Origin: Bacillus solimangrovi
GTDB taxonomy: Bacteria; Bacillota; Bacilli; Bacillales; Bacillaceae_N
DNA length: 24,000 bases
Direction of reading: 5' to 3'
Assembly: GCF_001742425.1 (NCBI RefSeq)
Contig: NZ_MJEH01000002.1
Coordinates: 59,793-83,792, forward strand
Position 1 is the first letter of the stretch, and every line of letters begins with the position of its first letter. Both the position numbers and the translations under genes were made by a program. Below, piece by piece: positions 16,152 to 23,903 of this stretch. A model generated the notes under the pieces. The model had not been told where the DNA came from, did not search any database, and worked only from the letters and a program-made list of their open reading frames with translations.

Positions 16152-17159
16152 TTGTTGGTGAATAGAGTGAACAAAAATGAGGTAAAAGAACATATTAGGT
16201 TTTATATGGATAACTATAATATTTATCCCCGAACACTTAAGACTGAAAATATTGGGAATAGGGATAAGCAGTTTATAGGGGATAAGAATAAGAGAAAGTG
16301 TAGATTTTGCGGAAAAGAAAAAGAAGAAACAACATTTAAAAAGGTAGCCCATGCTATACCTGAATTAGTTGGGAATAAGGTTTTGATTTCATTTGAAGAA
16401 TGTGATGAATGTAATAAAGTATTCTCTAAACTTGAAAGTGAGTTAGCAAATTATCTCTCATTTGAACGCTCTACCACAGGTATAAGAGGGAAAACTGGGA
16501 TTCCAACCTATAAGCATAAAAACGGTTTAAGGATAGAGCATGACAAAGAAAAGAGCAATAGGTTCATCATTCAAGATTATATTGACAGCGGAAACATTGT
16601 TGATGATGCCACTGATAATTCCTTTACGATAAAGGGAGAGAGATTTCCGTTTATCCCAATGGCTGTTTATAAATGTTTTGTAAAAATGGCCCTTTCGATA
16701 ATGCCCAAACATTATTTGCCTTATTTCTGGGAGACATTTGAGTGGATTAGAGAGGAAGACCATTCACAACATGGAAAAGTGGTTTGTAAAGTTTTTGAAC
16801 AGTTTATTCCAGGGGGAAAACCATTTGCTGATATAGAAATGTTCTTGGCTATACGTAAATGGGAATCGAGAGAAAAAACGCCATTTGGTATCTTTTTAAT
16901 TTGCTTCGGAAATTTTTGTTATCAGGTTTATCTACCATTTGCAGGACCAGATACTATCGAAAGTGAGTTAGAAGAATCACAAGAGACATTAAAGTATTTG
17001 TTGTTACCTTGTAAGTATGCACTGGTCTTGCCAGAAGGTACAATTCATACAATTTCTAAAGATTTTTCATCAAGTGAAAAGACGAAGGGACAAACAATAG
17101 ATATTACATACTCTTATGATAAAAAAGAGGTTTTAAGAGAATTTAAAAATGAATCATAA
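16152..17159 (+). CDS. Hypothetical protein with N-terminal CxxC...H...N...CxxC HNH-like zinc-finger module and an unknown C-terminal domain
   Basis: The sequence KCRFCGKEKEETTFKKVAHAIPELVGNKVLISFEECDECNKVF has the spacing of a zinc-finger beta-beta-alpha-Me (HNH) nuclease. The start is ambiguous: TTG 16152, GTG 16167 or ATG 16206, all in frame. Confidence 0.65.
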   Translation: MLVNRVNKNEVKEHIRFYMDNYNIYPRTLKTENIGNRDKQFIGDKNKRKCRFCGKEKEETTFKKVAHAIPELVGNKVLISFEECDECNKVFSKLESELANYLSFERSTTGIRGKTGIPTYKHKNGLRIEHDKEKSNRFIIQDYIDSGNIVDDATDNSFTIKGERFPFIPMAVYKCFVKMALSIMPKHYLPYFWETFEWIREEDHSQHGKVVCKVFEQFIPGGKPFADIEMFLAIRKWESREKTPFGIFLICFGNFCYQVYLPFAGPDTIESELEESQETLKYLLLPCKYALVLPEGTIHTISKDFSSSEKTKGQTIDITYSYDKKEVLREFKNES

Positions 17160-17231
17160 TAACAAAAACTAATCGTTTTAAGGATTAGCTTTCTTAAAAT
17201 CTTGTTAAGGAAAATAGGGAGGGTAAGATAA

Positions 17232-17648
17232 ATGGAAACAAATGAAAAAGAAGAATTGATGCTCTTGAGTCGTGAAGCTGTGTTAAATGAAATAGGAATT
17301 AAGAGTGAGGTTGAACTTGCAGAAAACAGCAATTTCTTAAGATTCTTAGGTTTAACTAATAGACTTGATATAAGAGTTTTAGAGAAAATGCTCCCAGCAA
17401 TTCCGAATGTGACAAATCTACTTAAGCAAAATCAGGATTTTATACTAAATGGTATAAAGGAGCAAAAAGAGGTTTCTGTTAAGGCACTCGAAAGTTTTAA
17501 TAAAACAAAAGAAATCATTGCTGAAAAATTAAAAAAGGATAATCTCACTCCCGAACAATGGATAGAACTTATAAAATTGCTCGATAAAAGTAAACGCCAA
17601 GCAACCCCTGATTATACAACAGAAGTTGTTAATTTAGAGGTTGCTTGA
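17232..17648 (+). CDS. Hypothetical helical protein, 3' end replaced by IS66 sequence (disrupted gene)
   Basis: GGGAGGG lies 8 nt upstream of ATG 17232. From 17590 onward the reading frame runs inside the IS66 terminal repeat, so the last ~19 codons and the stop are IS-derived. Confidence 0.5.
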   Translation: METNEKEELMLLSREAVLNEIGIKSEVELAENSNFLRFLGLTNRLDIRVLEKMLPAIPNVTNLLKQNQDFILNGIKEQKEVSVKALESFNKTKEIIAEKLKKDNLTPEQWIELIKLLDKSKRQATPDYTTEVVNLEVA

Positions 17649-19251
17649 CGTGTGTATCACTTTTTATCGGTACCTTGCAAATAGCCGGTAGATCCGTTGA
17701 CCACGGCAAAACTTTATCGATTTCTTCTTTATTGGTTAAATCGATATTTGGTAGCACTTCAAACAAATATTGAAGATAATGAAAAGGACTTAAACCATTC
17801 TCTTTTGCGGTTTCAACCACACTATACATCACGGCACTCCCTCTAGCACCTCGCGGTGTATTCGAGAACATCCAATTTTTTCTCCCAATCACAAACGGTT
17901 TAATGGAACGTTCACTTCTGTTGTTATCGATTTCTAAATGACCATCTAATAAAAACGCTTCAAGTTGATTCCATTGATTCAAACAATAAGTAATCGCTTT
18001 GCCAAGGGCGCTTTTGGGTAAAACACGATCCTTTTGTTCATGAAGCCATGCTGAAAAAAGGTCCAAAATGGGCCTGCTTTTTTCAAGTCTCTGCTCATAT
18101 CGTTCTGTAGGGGTGACATGCTTGAGTTTTTTCTCGATAGAATAAAGTTGATTACAAAAGCGTAAACCTTCGCTCGCCTTCACCTTTTTCCTCTCTTGTA
18201 AGTCAGGTAAAGCCTTTAAAGCTTCATCAAACTTACGTCTCGCATGCGCCCAACATCCCACAAGGATAACATCCGGTACCTGATTATAACCACGATATCC
18301 ATCTACTTGTAAAAACCCTTGAAAACCCGTTAAAAAACTTTTCGGATGCTCGCCTGCTCTTGTTGGTTGATAATCATAGAGAACAATCGGGATATCTTCT
18401 TGTCCTGTACGATATAACCACAGATAAGATTTGGTTGTAGCTGATCGTCCAGGTTCACGTAAGACTTGGAAAGTCGTTTCATCCGCATGAAGGATGGTTC
18501 GATTAAGCAGATGTTCATGCATCCTTTCATATAAAACCACTAACCATTGATCAGCTCCATATAATAACCAATTTCCCATCGTTTGTCGTGATAAAAAAAT
18601 TCCCATTCGTTCAAAATGTTTTTCTTGACGATAAAGAGGTAAACCTTCTACATATTTTTGAGACATAATATACGCCATAATGGAGGGAGAAGCGATACTT
18701 TTAGGAAAGGCAGGTGCTGGCATATTCGCTGTTACAATCGGCGTAGCGATCTCATCTTGTTCACACTGACGACAAGCATAGACATATCGTTTATGTTCCG
18801 TCACCTTTACTTCCGCAGGAACAATTGTCAGTTCCTTTCGGACTTCTACACTCATCTCATGTAACGTACCACCACAGCATGAACAAACCTGTTCTTCATC
18901 AGCTAAACGATATTCAACCGTTTCGATAGGCAAGTTTTGGACAGACTCATCCCTATGACCACGTTTCTTTTTACGACGATAGGTGATCGTTTCAACAGCT
19001 GGTTCGGGTACTTCAGAATCACTTTCTTTCTCGGCCTCATTAAACAGTTCTAGAGCGAGTTGATTTTCCGGTGTTTTTTCGCTAGACGTACCAAACTGTT
19101 TTTGTTGGCTAAGACGAAATTGTTCTTCGTACCATCTCACTTTTTCCGTGAGTTCTTCTACTTGAGATTGAAGAGATTCAATTGTAGGTTGAGTGGAATG
19201 TATTGTTTTCATAGATAAAGGGATTCGACAAGAATATTCAAATTCCTTCAT
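17629..19251 (-). CDS. tnpC: IS66 family transposase TnpC
   Basis: 540 aa. An N-terminal leucine-zipper-like helix is followed by a Cys cluster (CSCCGGTLHEM...YACRQCEQ) and a DDE-type core (HADETTFQVL, VDGYRGY, GCWAHARRKF). This matches IS66 TnpC. Confidence 0.9.
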   Translation of the reverse strand: MKEFEYSCRIPLSMKTIHSTQPTIESLQSQVEELTEKVRWYEEQFRLSQQKQFGTSSEKTPENQLALELFNEAEKESDSEVPEPAVETITYRRKKKRGHRDESVQNLPIETVEYRLADEEQVCSCCGGTLHEMSVEVRKELTIVPAEVKVTEHKRYVYACRQCEQDEIATPIVTANMPAPAFPKSIASPSIMAYIMSQKYVEGLPLYRQEKHFERMGIFLSRQTMGNWLLYGADQWLVVLYERMHEHLLNRTILHADETTFQVLREPGRSATTKSYLWLYRTGQEDIPIVLYDYQPTRAGEHPKSFLTGFQGFLQVDGYRGYNQVPDVILVGCWAHARRKFDEALKALPDLQERKKVKASEGLRFCNQLYSIEKKLKHVTPTERYEQRLEKSRPILDLFSAWLHEQKDRVLPKSALGKAITYCLNQWNQLEAFLLDGHLEIDNNRSERSIKPFVIGRKNWMFSNTPRGARGSAVMYSVVETAKENGLSPFHYLQYLFEVLPNIDLTNKEEIDKVLPWSTDLPAICKVPIKSDTHVKQPLN

Positions 19252-19260
19252 CTGTAATTA

Positions 19261-19617
19261 TTATAGAATCGTTCTTGCATGTACGGCTTGATGTCCTTGT
19301 TTTTGATGAAAAGAAAATCCATCAAGAAGCCATCTAAACTGCCGTCTTGATATGGTAAGTGGTACATTAGGAGATTGAGTTGGCCATTCAAACGTTCCCT
19401 TTTCTAACCTGCGATAGTGCAACCAAAAACCATTATGTTCCCAAACAAGAATTTTTAGTTTATCGCGTGAGCGATTGCAAAAAACAAATAAACAAGAAGA
19501 AAAGGGATCTAACTCAAACTCTTCCTTTACAATGACTGCGAGTCCATCAATAGATTTACGTAAGTCAGTTGCCCCTTGTGCCAGGTATACCTTTTCAATC
19601 GCTTTTTCTGAAATCAT
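19261..19617 (-). CDS. tnpB: IS66 family accessory protein TnpB (Orf2)
   Basis: 118 aa. DLRKSIDGLAVIV...LFVFCNRSRDKLKILVWEHNGFWLHYRRLEKGTFEWP is the characteristic IS66 Orf2 sequence. It overlaps the tnpA stop by 4 nt. Confidence 0.9.
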   Translation of the reverse strand: MISEKAIEKVYLAQGATDLRKSIDGLAVIVKEEFELDPFSSCLFVFCNRSRDKLKILVWEHNGFWLHYRRLEKGTFEWPTQSPNVPLTISRRQFRWLLDGFSFHQKQGHQAVHARTIL

Positions 19618-19934
19618 AATTCTTTTACCGACTGCATGACTTGGAGAAGTACTTGTGAAGTAAAAGGTCCATCTAGTTCGATGGTTACTTCATTCATATG
19701 AATACGAATGGTAGTATTGATTTCTTCTTCTATAGTAGGAACACTCATTGGAATCCAATTTGCGGACTTATTCTTATTTGGTTCTTCCGTTTCAGGGGAT
19801 AATTTTTTCAGCCAGTAATAAAGCCGATGAACCGGAAGGTTCTGTTTTTGACACCAAGCAGCTTTTGATAGCCCACTTTCTTTAAAGTCAAGGATATAGG
19901 CTTCCCATTCTTTCTCTATTCGTTGTTTTTTCAT
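19614..19934 (-). CDS. tnpA: IS66 family accessory protein TnpA (Orf1, HTH)
   Basis: I place the start at ATG 19934, 7 nt after GGGAGG. The track's GTG at 19949 sits on top of that RBS. It is a small HTH-like protein (GLSKAAWCQKQNLPVHRLYYWLKK). Confidence 0.8.
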   Translation of the reverse strand: MKKQRIEKEWEAYILDFKESGLSKAAWCQKQNLPVHRLYYWLKKLSPETEEPNKNKSANWIPMSVPTIEEEINTTIRIHMNEVTIELDGPFTSQVLLQVMQSVKEL

Positions 19935-20047
19935 AGAAAAACCTCCCACATATATCAGTATGTAAGAGATTATCTCATGGATTATTTACAGATTGTACGT
20001 GGGCACTATTTGACGCTTACTTCCAAACAGATGACAAGTTATTGATT

Positions 20048-20097
20048 TCTAAAAAACCGATAAATACACATATATTACAATGTGTACTTATCGGTTT
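20048..20097 (-). terminator. Rho-independent terminator of the thioesterase operon
   Basis: A 17-bp stem with one mismatch: aaaccgataaatacaca (20054-20070) / tgtgtacttatcggttt (20081-20097). It is followed by T6 on the minus strand, 23 nt after the stop at 20120. Confidence 0.8.
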
Positions 20098-20119
20098 ATG
20101 TATTTCTTTATATTTGAAA

Positions 20120-20878
20120 TCATTTCTTTAATAGGTCATTACTAATAATCTCTAATACTTCTGCTGTACGATTATTAAGGAAGAAGTGCTCACCTTCAAC
20201 TTGATGCACCTCACAATTATTAGAAGTGTGTTCCCTCCATTCTTCTAAATATTCAATAGAAGTATAAGGATCATTTGTTCCACCTATTACTGTAATGGGG
20301 ATATTTAATATTTTTTCTTGTTCATAAGAATATGTCTCCACCATTTTAAAATCGTTCCTAATAATAGGTATAACGAACTCCATTAGTTCTTTATTTTGCA
20401 AAAGTAACTCTGGTGTTCCATTTAGTTCTCTGAGTCGATTAATAAATGTTTCTTGGTCAAGTTTATGAATTGGTGGTTTTAAACGAGGAATATGAACTGC
20501 ATTTCTTCCAGATAAAAACAGCCTTTCTGCATTATTAATCTTTCTTCTTCTCAACTCTCTTGCTAACTCAAAACAAATCAACGCTCCCATACTATGACCA
20601 AATAAAGCATATGGTCTATCAATATATGGCTCAATTTCCTTCGCAATTTCTTTAACTAAAAAAAGAATATTATCATATGATGCCTCACCTATTCGATTTT
20701 CACGTCCTGGTAGTTGTATTGGACATACTTCTATTTTATTTGAAATACTAGACATCCATTGATGATAAATTGTTGCTCCCCCACCTGCGTATGGTAAGCA
20801 AAAAAGACGTACGGAACTACTATTAGAAAATTTATTAACAAATAACCAAGGACTATTTTTCATTACCGTTTTTTGCAT
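20120..20878 (-). CDS. Type II thioesterase (NRPS/PKS editing thioesterase, GrsT/SrfAD-like)
   Basis: AGGAG lies 7 nt upstream of ATG 20878. The protein has FCLPYAGGGATIY, the GHSMG nucleophile elbow and a C-terminal GEHFF histidine motif. Confidence 0.9.
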   Translation of the reverse strand: MQKTVMKNSPWLFVNKFSNSSSVRLFCLPYAGGGATIYHQWMSSISNKIEVCPIQLPGRENRIGEASYDNILFLVKEIAKEIEPYIDRPYALFGHSMGALICFELARELRRRKINNAERLFLSGRNAVHIPRLKPPIHKLDQETFINRLRELNGTPELLLQNKELMEFVIPIIRNDFKMVETYSYEQEKILNIPITVIGGTNDPYTSIEYLEEWREHTSNNCEVHQVEGEHFFLNNRTAEVLEIISNDLLKK

Positions 20879-20941
20879 GTTAACTCTCCTTTAGTAAAAA
20901 ATCCAGTTTTTAAACCTCCTGTACCTTTATTCTATTCTTTA

Positions 20942-22843
20942 TTAAACAAAGAAAATAACATCTAAAAAACTAACATATATTAAGGCACCTATCCCAGCTA
21001 AAATCACCAGTATATAAAATATTTTGTTCCATAAAGGTAAAAAGTTTCTTTTCCAAACCGACACCAACGAATAACATAAGAACAACACACTAGTGGCAAT
21101 TCCTATACTAACCAAATTAACTACAATTAATATATAATGCCTAAAACTATCACTTTGACTAAACATCACCATAATCATACTTATAGCCAGAAACAAATTT
21201 AATAAACAAATTAAATTAACGATTATTTTAGTACGCCGTTCTATCCCCTTATATTTTTTCTTTCTTCTAAACAAGTTAATAAAACTCAACATACACCCTA
21301 ATATAGAAATAATAATAACAAAAGATCTTATATATGTTTCCATGAAAGCCTCTAGTGTACCTAGTTTTTCTAATGTTTGTATCGGTACATTCATATCAAC
21401 AATTAAATATTTGTTTCCTTCTTTATCTTCTTTTAATAAAATGCTCCTACTATTTTCTTTATTTACAAATAAACCCCTTTCTATTTGTATATAATCCCCA
21501 CTTAGACTTGTGTCAAACACCTTCAAGTTTAGTTCTCCATTTTGATCTATACTTACTTTCATTTTTAAGAATAAGCCTCTTATTTTTAAAGGACCCTCTA
21601 ATAACCTTTGTGCAAAAACATAATCTCCCTCGAAATCCTTCAAATCCTTATTGGATTTAAAAGGGCGTTCTTTTAAATTTTCTAGTTTTTGATCCAAGTT
21701 AACTTTTAAAAATTTATATAGTTCTTCCTCAAAACCATTTCGTAGTTGTCCATCATCTAGTGTATTATAAGAAATAAAATAACCTAGATTCTCTTCCGGT
21801 AATATTGACAACTGACTTGTAAACAGATCCGCGTCTCCATCATGCATGATTATCTTATTATTCTTAAAATTCTCATGAAATCCATATCCATATCCGGGCA
21901 TTAAATTATGTTGAGTAAACTGGCGATTTTGCATACTAATAGCCGTTTCTTCTTTTAGTATTCTTTTGTCTCCATATTTGCCATTTTGAAGATGTGCAGT
22001 TAAGAATTTCGACATATCGTTAGAAGTTGAAACAATTGAACCTGCAGGATGAACAATGATGCTCCCAAGAGGTTTTTCGACAAAATTTCCATTTTTGTAA
22101 TTATACCCTTTTGACATCTCAGATAACATACTTGATGATAGAGAATATCTTGTGTTTTTCATATTAAGAGGTTTAAAAATATTTTCTTCAACATATTGAT
22201 CGAAAGGTATCCCACTCACTTGCTCTACAATATGTCCTATTAAGGCGTATCCGTAATTACTATACTGAATTACTTCTCCTGAAGGTCTAATAAGAGGAGG
22301 CATATTATTTTTTATAGTATCATACAAAGGAACTGGTTCATCTAACAATTTTTCGCTATATATACCGTCAACACTTTCTGCGAAACCACCTGTATGTGTT
22401 AAAAGGTTTGCTAATGTTATAGGTGTATCATATTTAGTGTCTATTTTTAAACCTTTTAAATACTTATTAATATCCGTATCTAAGTCAATTTTACCTTGTT
22501 CAACTAACTGCATTGCTGCAGTTGCTGTAAAGATCTTTGTAACAGAGCCTACTCTAAAAAATGTTTTATTGGTATCTACTGGTATTTTCTTCTCTACATC
22601 AGAATAACCATATCCTTTTTTTAGTAAGACTTCTCCATCTTTCACCACAACTATAGTTGCTCCAGCAATATGATATTCTTTTAAGCTTTTTTCCATGTAA
22701 TTGTCTATCATTTCTTCAAAGTCTTCAATTTTTGCTAATTCACTAGAATTTTGTGCAAGTACTGACGTACACATAAAAAACATGATGAACACAAAGGTAA
22801 TACAAAAATTTAATGCCTTATAATAACATTTTTTCCACTCCAT
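20942..22843 (-). CDS. Serine hydrolase, beta-lactamase/PBP (S12) fold, with signal peptide and four C-terminal TM helices
   Basis: The signal peptide ends VLA-QN. It has the SxxK motif (SVTK) and a YSN motif (QYSNYGY). The C-terminal ~140 aa form four hydrophobic helices. Confidence 0.85.
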   Translation of the reverse strand: MEWKKCYYKALNFCITFVFIMFFMCTSVLAQNSSELAKIEDFEEMIDNYMEKSLKEYHIAGATIVVVKDGEVLLKKGYGYSDVEKKIPVDTNKTFFRVGSVTKIFTATAAMQLVEQGKIDLDTDINKYLKGLKIDTKYDTPITLANLLTHTGGFAESVDGIYSEKLLDEPVPLYDTIKNNMPPLIRPSGEVIQYSNYGYALIGHIVEQVSGIPFDQYVEENIFKPLNMKNTRYSLSSSMLSEMSKGYNYKNGNFVEKPLGSIIVHPAGSIVSTSNDMSKFLTAHLQNGKYGDKRILKEETAISMQNRQFTQHNLMPGYGYGFHENFKNNKIIMHDGDADLFTSQLSILPEENLGYFISYNTLDDGQLRNGFEEELYKFLKVNLDQKLENLKERPFKSNKDLKDFEGDYVFAQRLLEGPLKIRGLFLKMKVSIDQNGELNLKVFDTSLSGDYIQIERGLFVNKENSRSILLKEDKEGNKYLIVDMNVPIQTLEKLGTLEAFMETYIRSFVIIISILGCMLSFINLFRRKKKYKGIERRTKIIVNLICLLNLFLAISMIMVMFSQSDSFRHYILIVVNLVSIGIATSVLFLCYSLVSVWKRNFLPLWNKIFYILVILAGIGALIYVSFLDVIFFV

Positions 22844-23044
22844 TCATATTCCCCCCCATAAAAAATTTATATTAGTAAGGCTTATATTCCATATACTAAC
22901 AGAAACCATTTACTAAACGAATCATTTTCATAAAATCAAAGCCTTGTAGTTCATAGGTTCTAAGACATAAAAAAAGGAGTAACTCCCCAAATGTCGAATG
23001 AGTATGCGACCAAACCAACTCTTTAGAAAAAAGGGGGAATCCTT

Positions 23045-23212
23045 ATGACTGCTATGCGACAAATATGTCTCTTTGAACTACAAGATTTATATGAATTAGA
23101 ACCTATCAAGCGATTTAAAGCAATTTTTTCAGAAATTGATATTGATCCTCTTATCTATGCTATATCTAAAAAATCAATTTACGGCTCATCTCTATTAATT
23201 GAAATAAGATGA
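23045..23212 (+). pseudogene. Truncated N-terminal fragment of an IS transposase (55 codons)
   Basis: AGGGGGAA lies upstream of ATG 23045. The product MTAMRQICLFELQDLYELEPIKRFKAIFSEIDIDPLIYAISKKSIYGSS resembles the conserved N-terminus of Bacillus IS4/IS5-superfamily transposases. It stops after 55 codons, next to the PPTase gene end. Confidence 0.45.
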
Positions 23213-23219
23213 AAAGTGT

Positions 23220-23903
23220 CTATTTATCTGAATTATATAATTCTTCAAGACTTAATTCTTGAAGAGAAAGCGCTTCTGTATCTAAGTTACCCTCTACGAC
23301 AATAGAAATGAGATAATCTTGTGATGGGTAGAAACTGTAATAAGTAAAGCCTCGCTTTTTTTCAACCATTTTATGTAGTGGCACATTTATTGTCTTAGGA
23401 TCTATTGAGAAACCTTTACCAATTGCTTTTATATATGCTTCTTTTCTAGTCCACACAAAATAAAAGGCTTCTTGTACCTTTTCAATATCAGTTTTAGATT
23501 CAACAAATCTCCTTTCACCTTCTGTAAACATTAAGTCCATTACTTCTAGTGAGTCGTAAGGAACAAACTCTACATCTATCCCTACTTCCCTACCTTCACT
23601 CAAAATACAAGCAATCATATTTCCTGAATGGGTTAAGTTAAATGATAATGGATGGTTTTTAAGATATAGCTTTCCATAGTCATCTGGGTATAATGTTAAC
23701 TCGTTGATAGGAATTCCTATATCATTTGAAAGTGCCCATTTCAGTAATACTCTACCTAGTAAAAATTCTTTTGCTTTATCTTCATTTAGATATTGGCAAT
23801 AACGCTGCAACTCACTCTGATCTAAATAATTTATGAACCAGCTAATCTGAGATTGATTGAGTTTATTTGAAATATTCATCCAATAAACCGTTTCTCTGTG
23901 CAT
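23220..23903 (-). CDS. 4'-phosphopantetheinyl transferase, Sfp type
   Basis: AAGGAAGTGA lies upstream of ATG 23903. The protein has the motifs GIDVEFV and WTRKEAYIKAIGKG (the PPTase W/F-x-x-K-E-A-x-x-K motif). Confidence 0.9.
   Translation of the reverse strand: MHRETVYWMNISNKLNQSQISWFINYLDQSELQRYCQYLNEDKAKEFLLGRVLLKWALSNDIGIPINELTLYPDDYGKLYLKNHPLSFNLTHSGNMIACILSEGREVGIDVEFVPYDSLEVMDLMFTEGERRFVESKTDIEKVQEAFYFVWTRKEAYIKAIGKGFSIDPKTINVPLHKMVEKKRGFTYYSFYPSQDYLISIVVEGNLDTEALSLQELSLEELYNSDK

Larger units (their letters stand above)
17590..20020 (-). mobile_element. IS66-family insertion sequence, complete (2431 bp)
   Basis: It carries the canonical three-gene set tnpA-tnpB-tnpC. The imperfect terminal inverted repeats start with the IS66-type GTAAGCG/GTAAACG: 17590 gtaaacgccaa versus the complement of 20020 gtaagcgtcaa (9 of the first 11 nt, 12 of 20). 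By eye the element is more GC-rich than its flanks. Confidence 0.8.

Noticed and set aside
15665-17332. ORFs at 15665-15847(-), 16143-16352(-), 16527-16763(-) and 17114-17332(-) in the island
   Set aside because: They are antisense to longer co-directional ORFs that have good ribosome-binding sites, and their products are low complexity. Because the island is uncharacterised, this rejection is less certain than the others.
18330-18864. ORFs at 18330-18530(-) and 18658-18864(+) inside IS66 tnpC
   Set aside because: They are alternative-frame or antisense ORFs within a transposase gene that has clear IS66 motifs.
19935-19949. GTG 19949 as the start of IS66 tnpA
   Set aside because: That codon lies within the GGGAGG Shine-Dalgarno that is correctly spaced for ATG 19934.
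17583-20035. Joining 17589 directly to 20021 gives ...LLDK-IPNR-stop followed by a strong terminator, which could be read as precise reconstitution of the interrupted gene
   Set aside because: Stop codons are frequent in this AT-rich DNA, so a stop 4 codons after the junction is expected by chance. No target duplication supports a simple insertion.
21355-21660. A 101-aa ORF antisense to the S12 hydrolase gene
   Set aside because: It is a shadow ORF opposite a gene with signal peptide and SxxK/YxN motifs.
20120-23903. Assigning the PPTase/thioesterase genes to a specific known B. cereus-group lipopeptide locus such as kurstakin (krs)
   Set aside because: Only accessory genes are visible and the synthetase genes are outside the window. 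I also do not recall an S12 hydrolase as part of that locus. It cannot be supported without a search.
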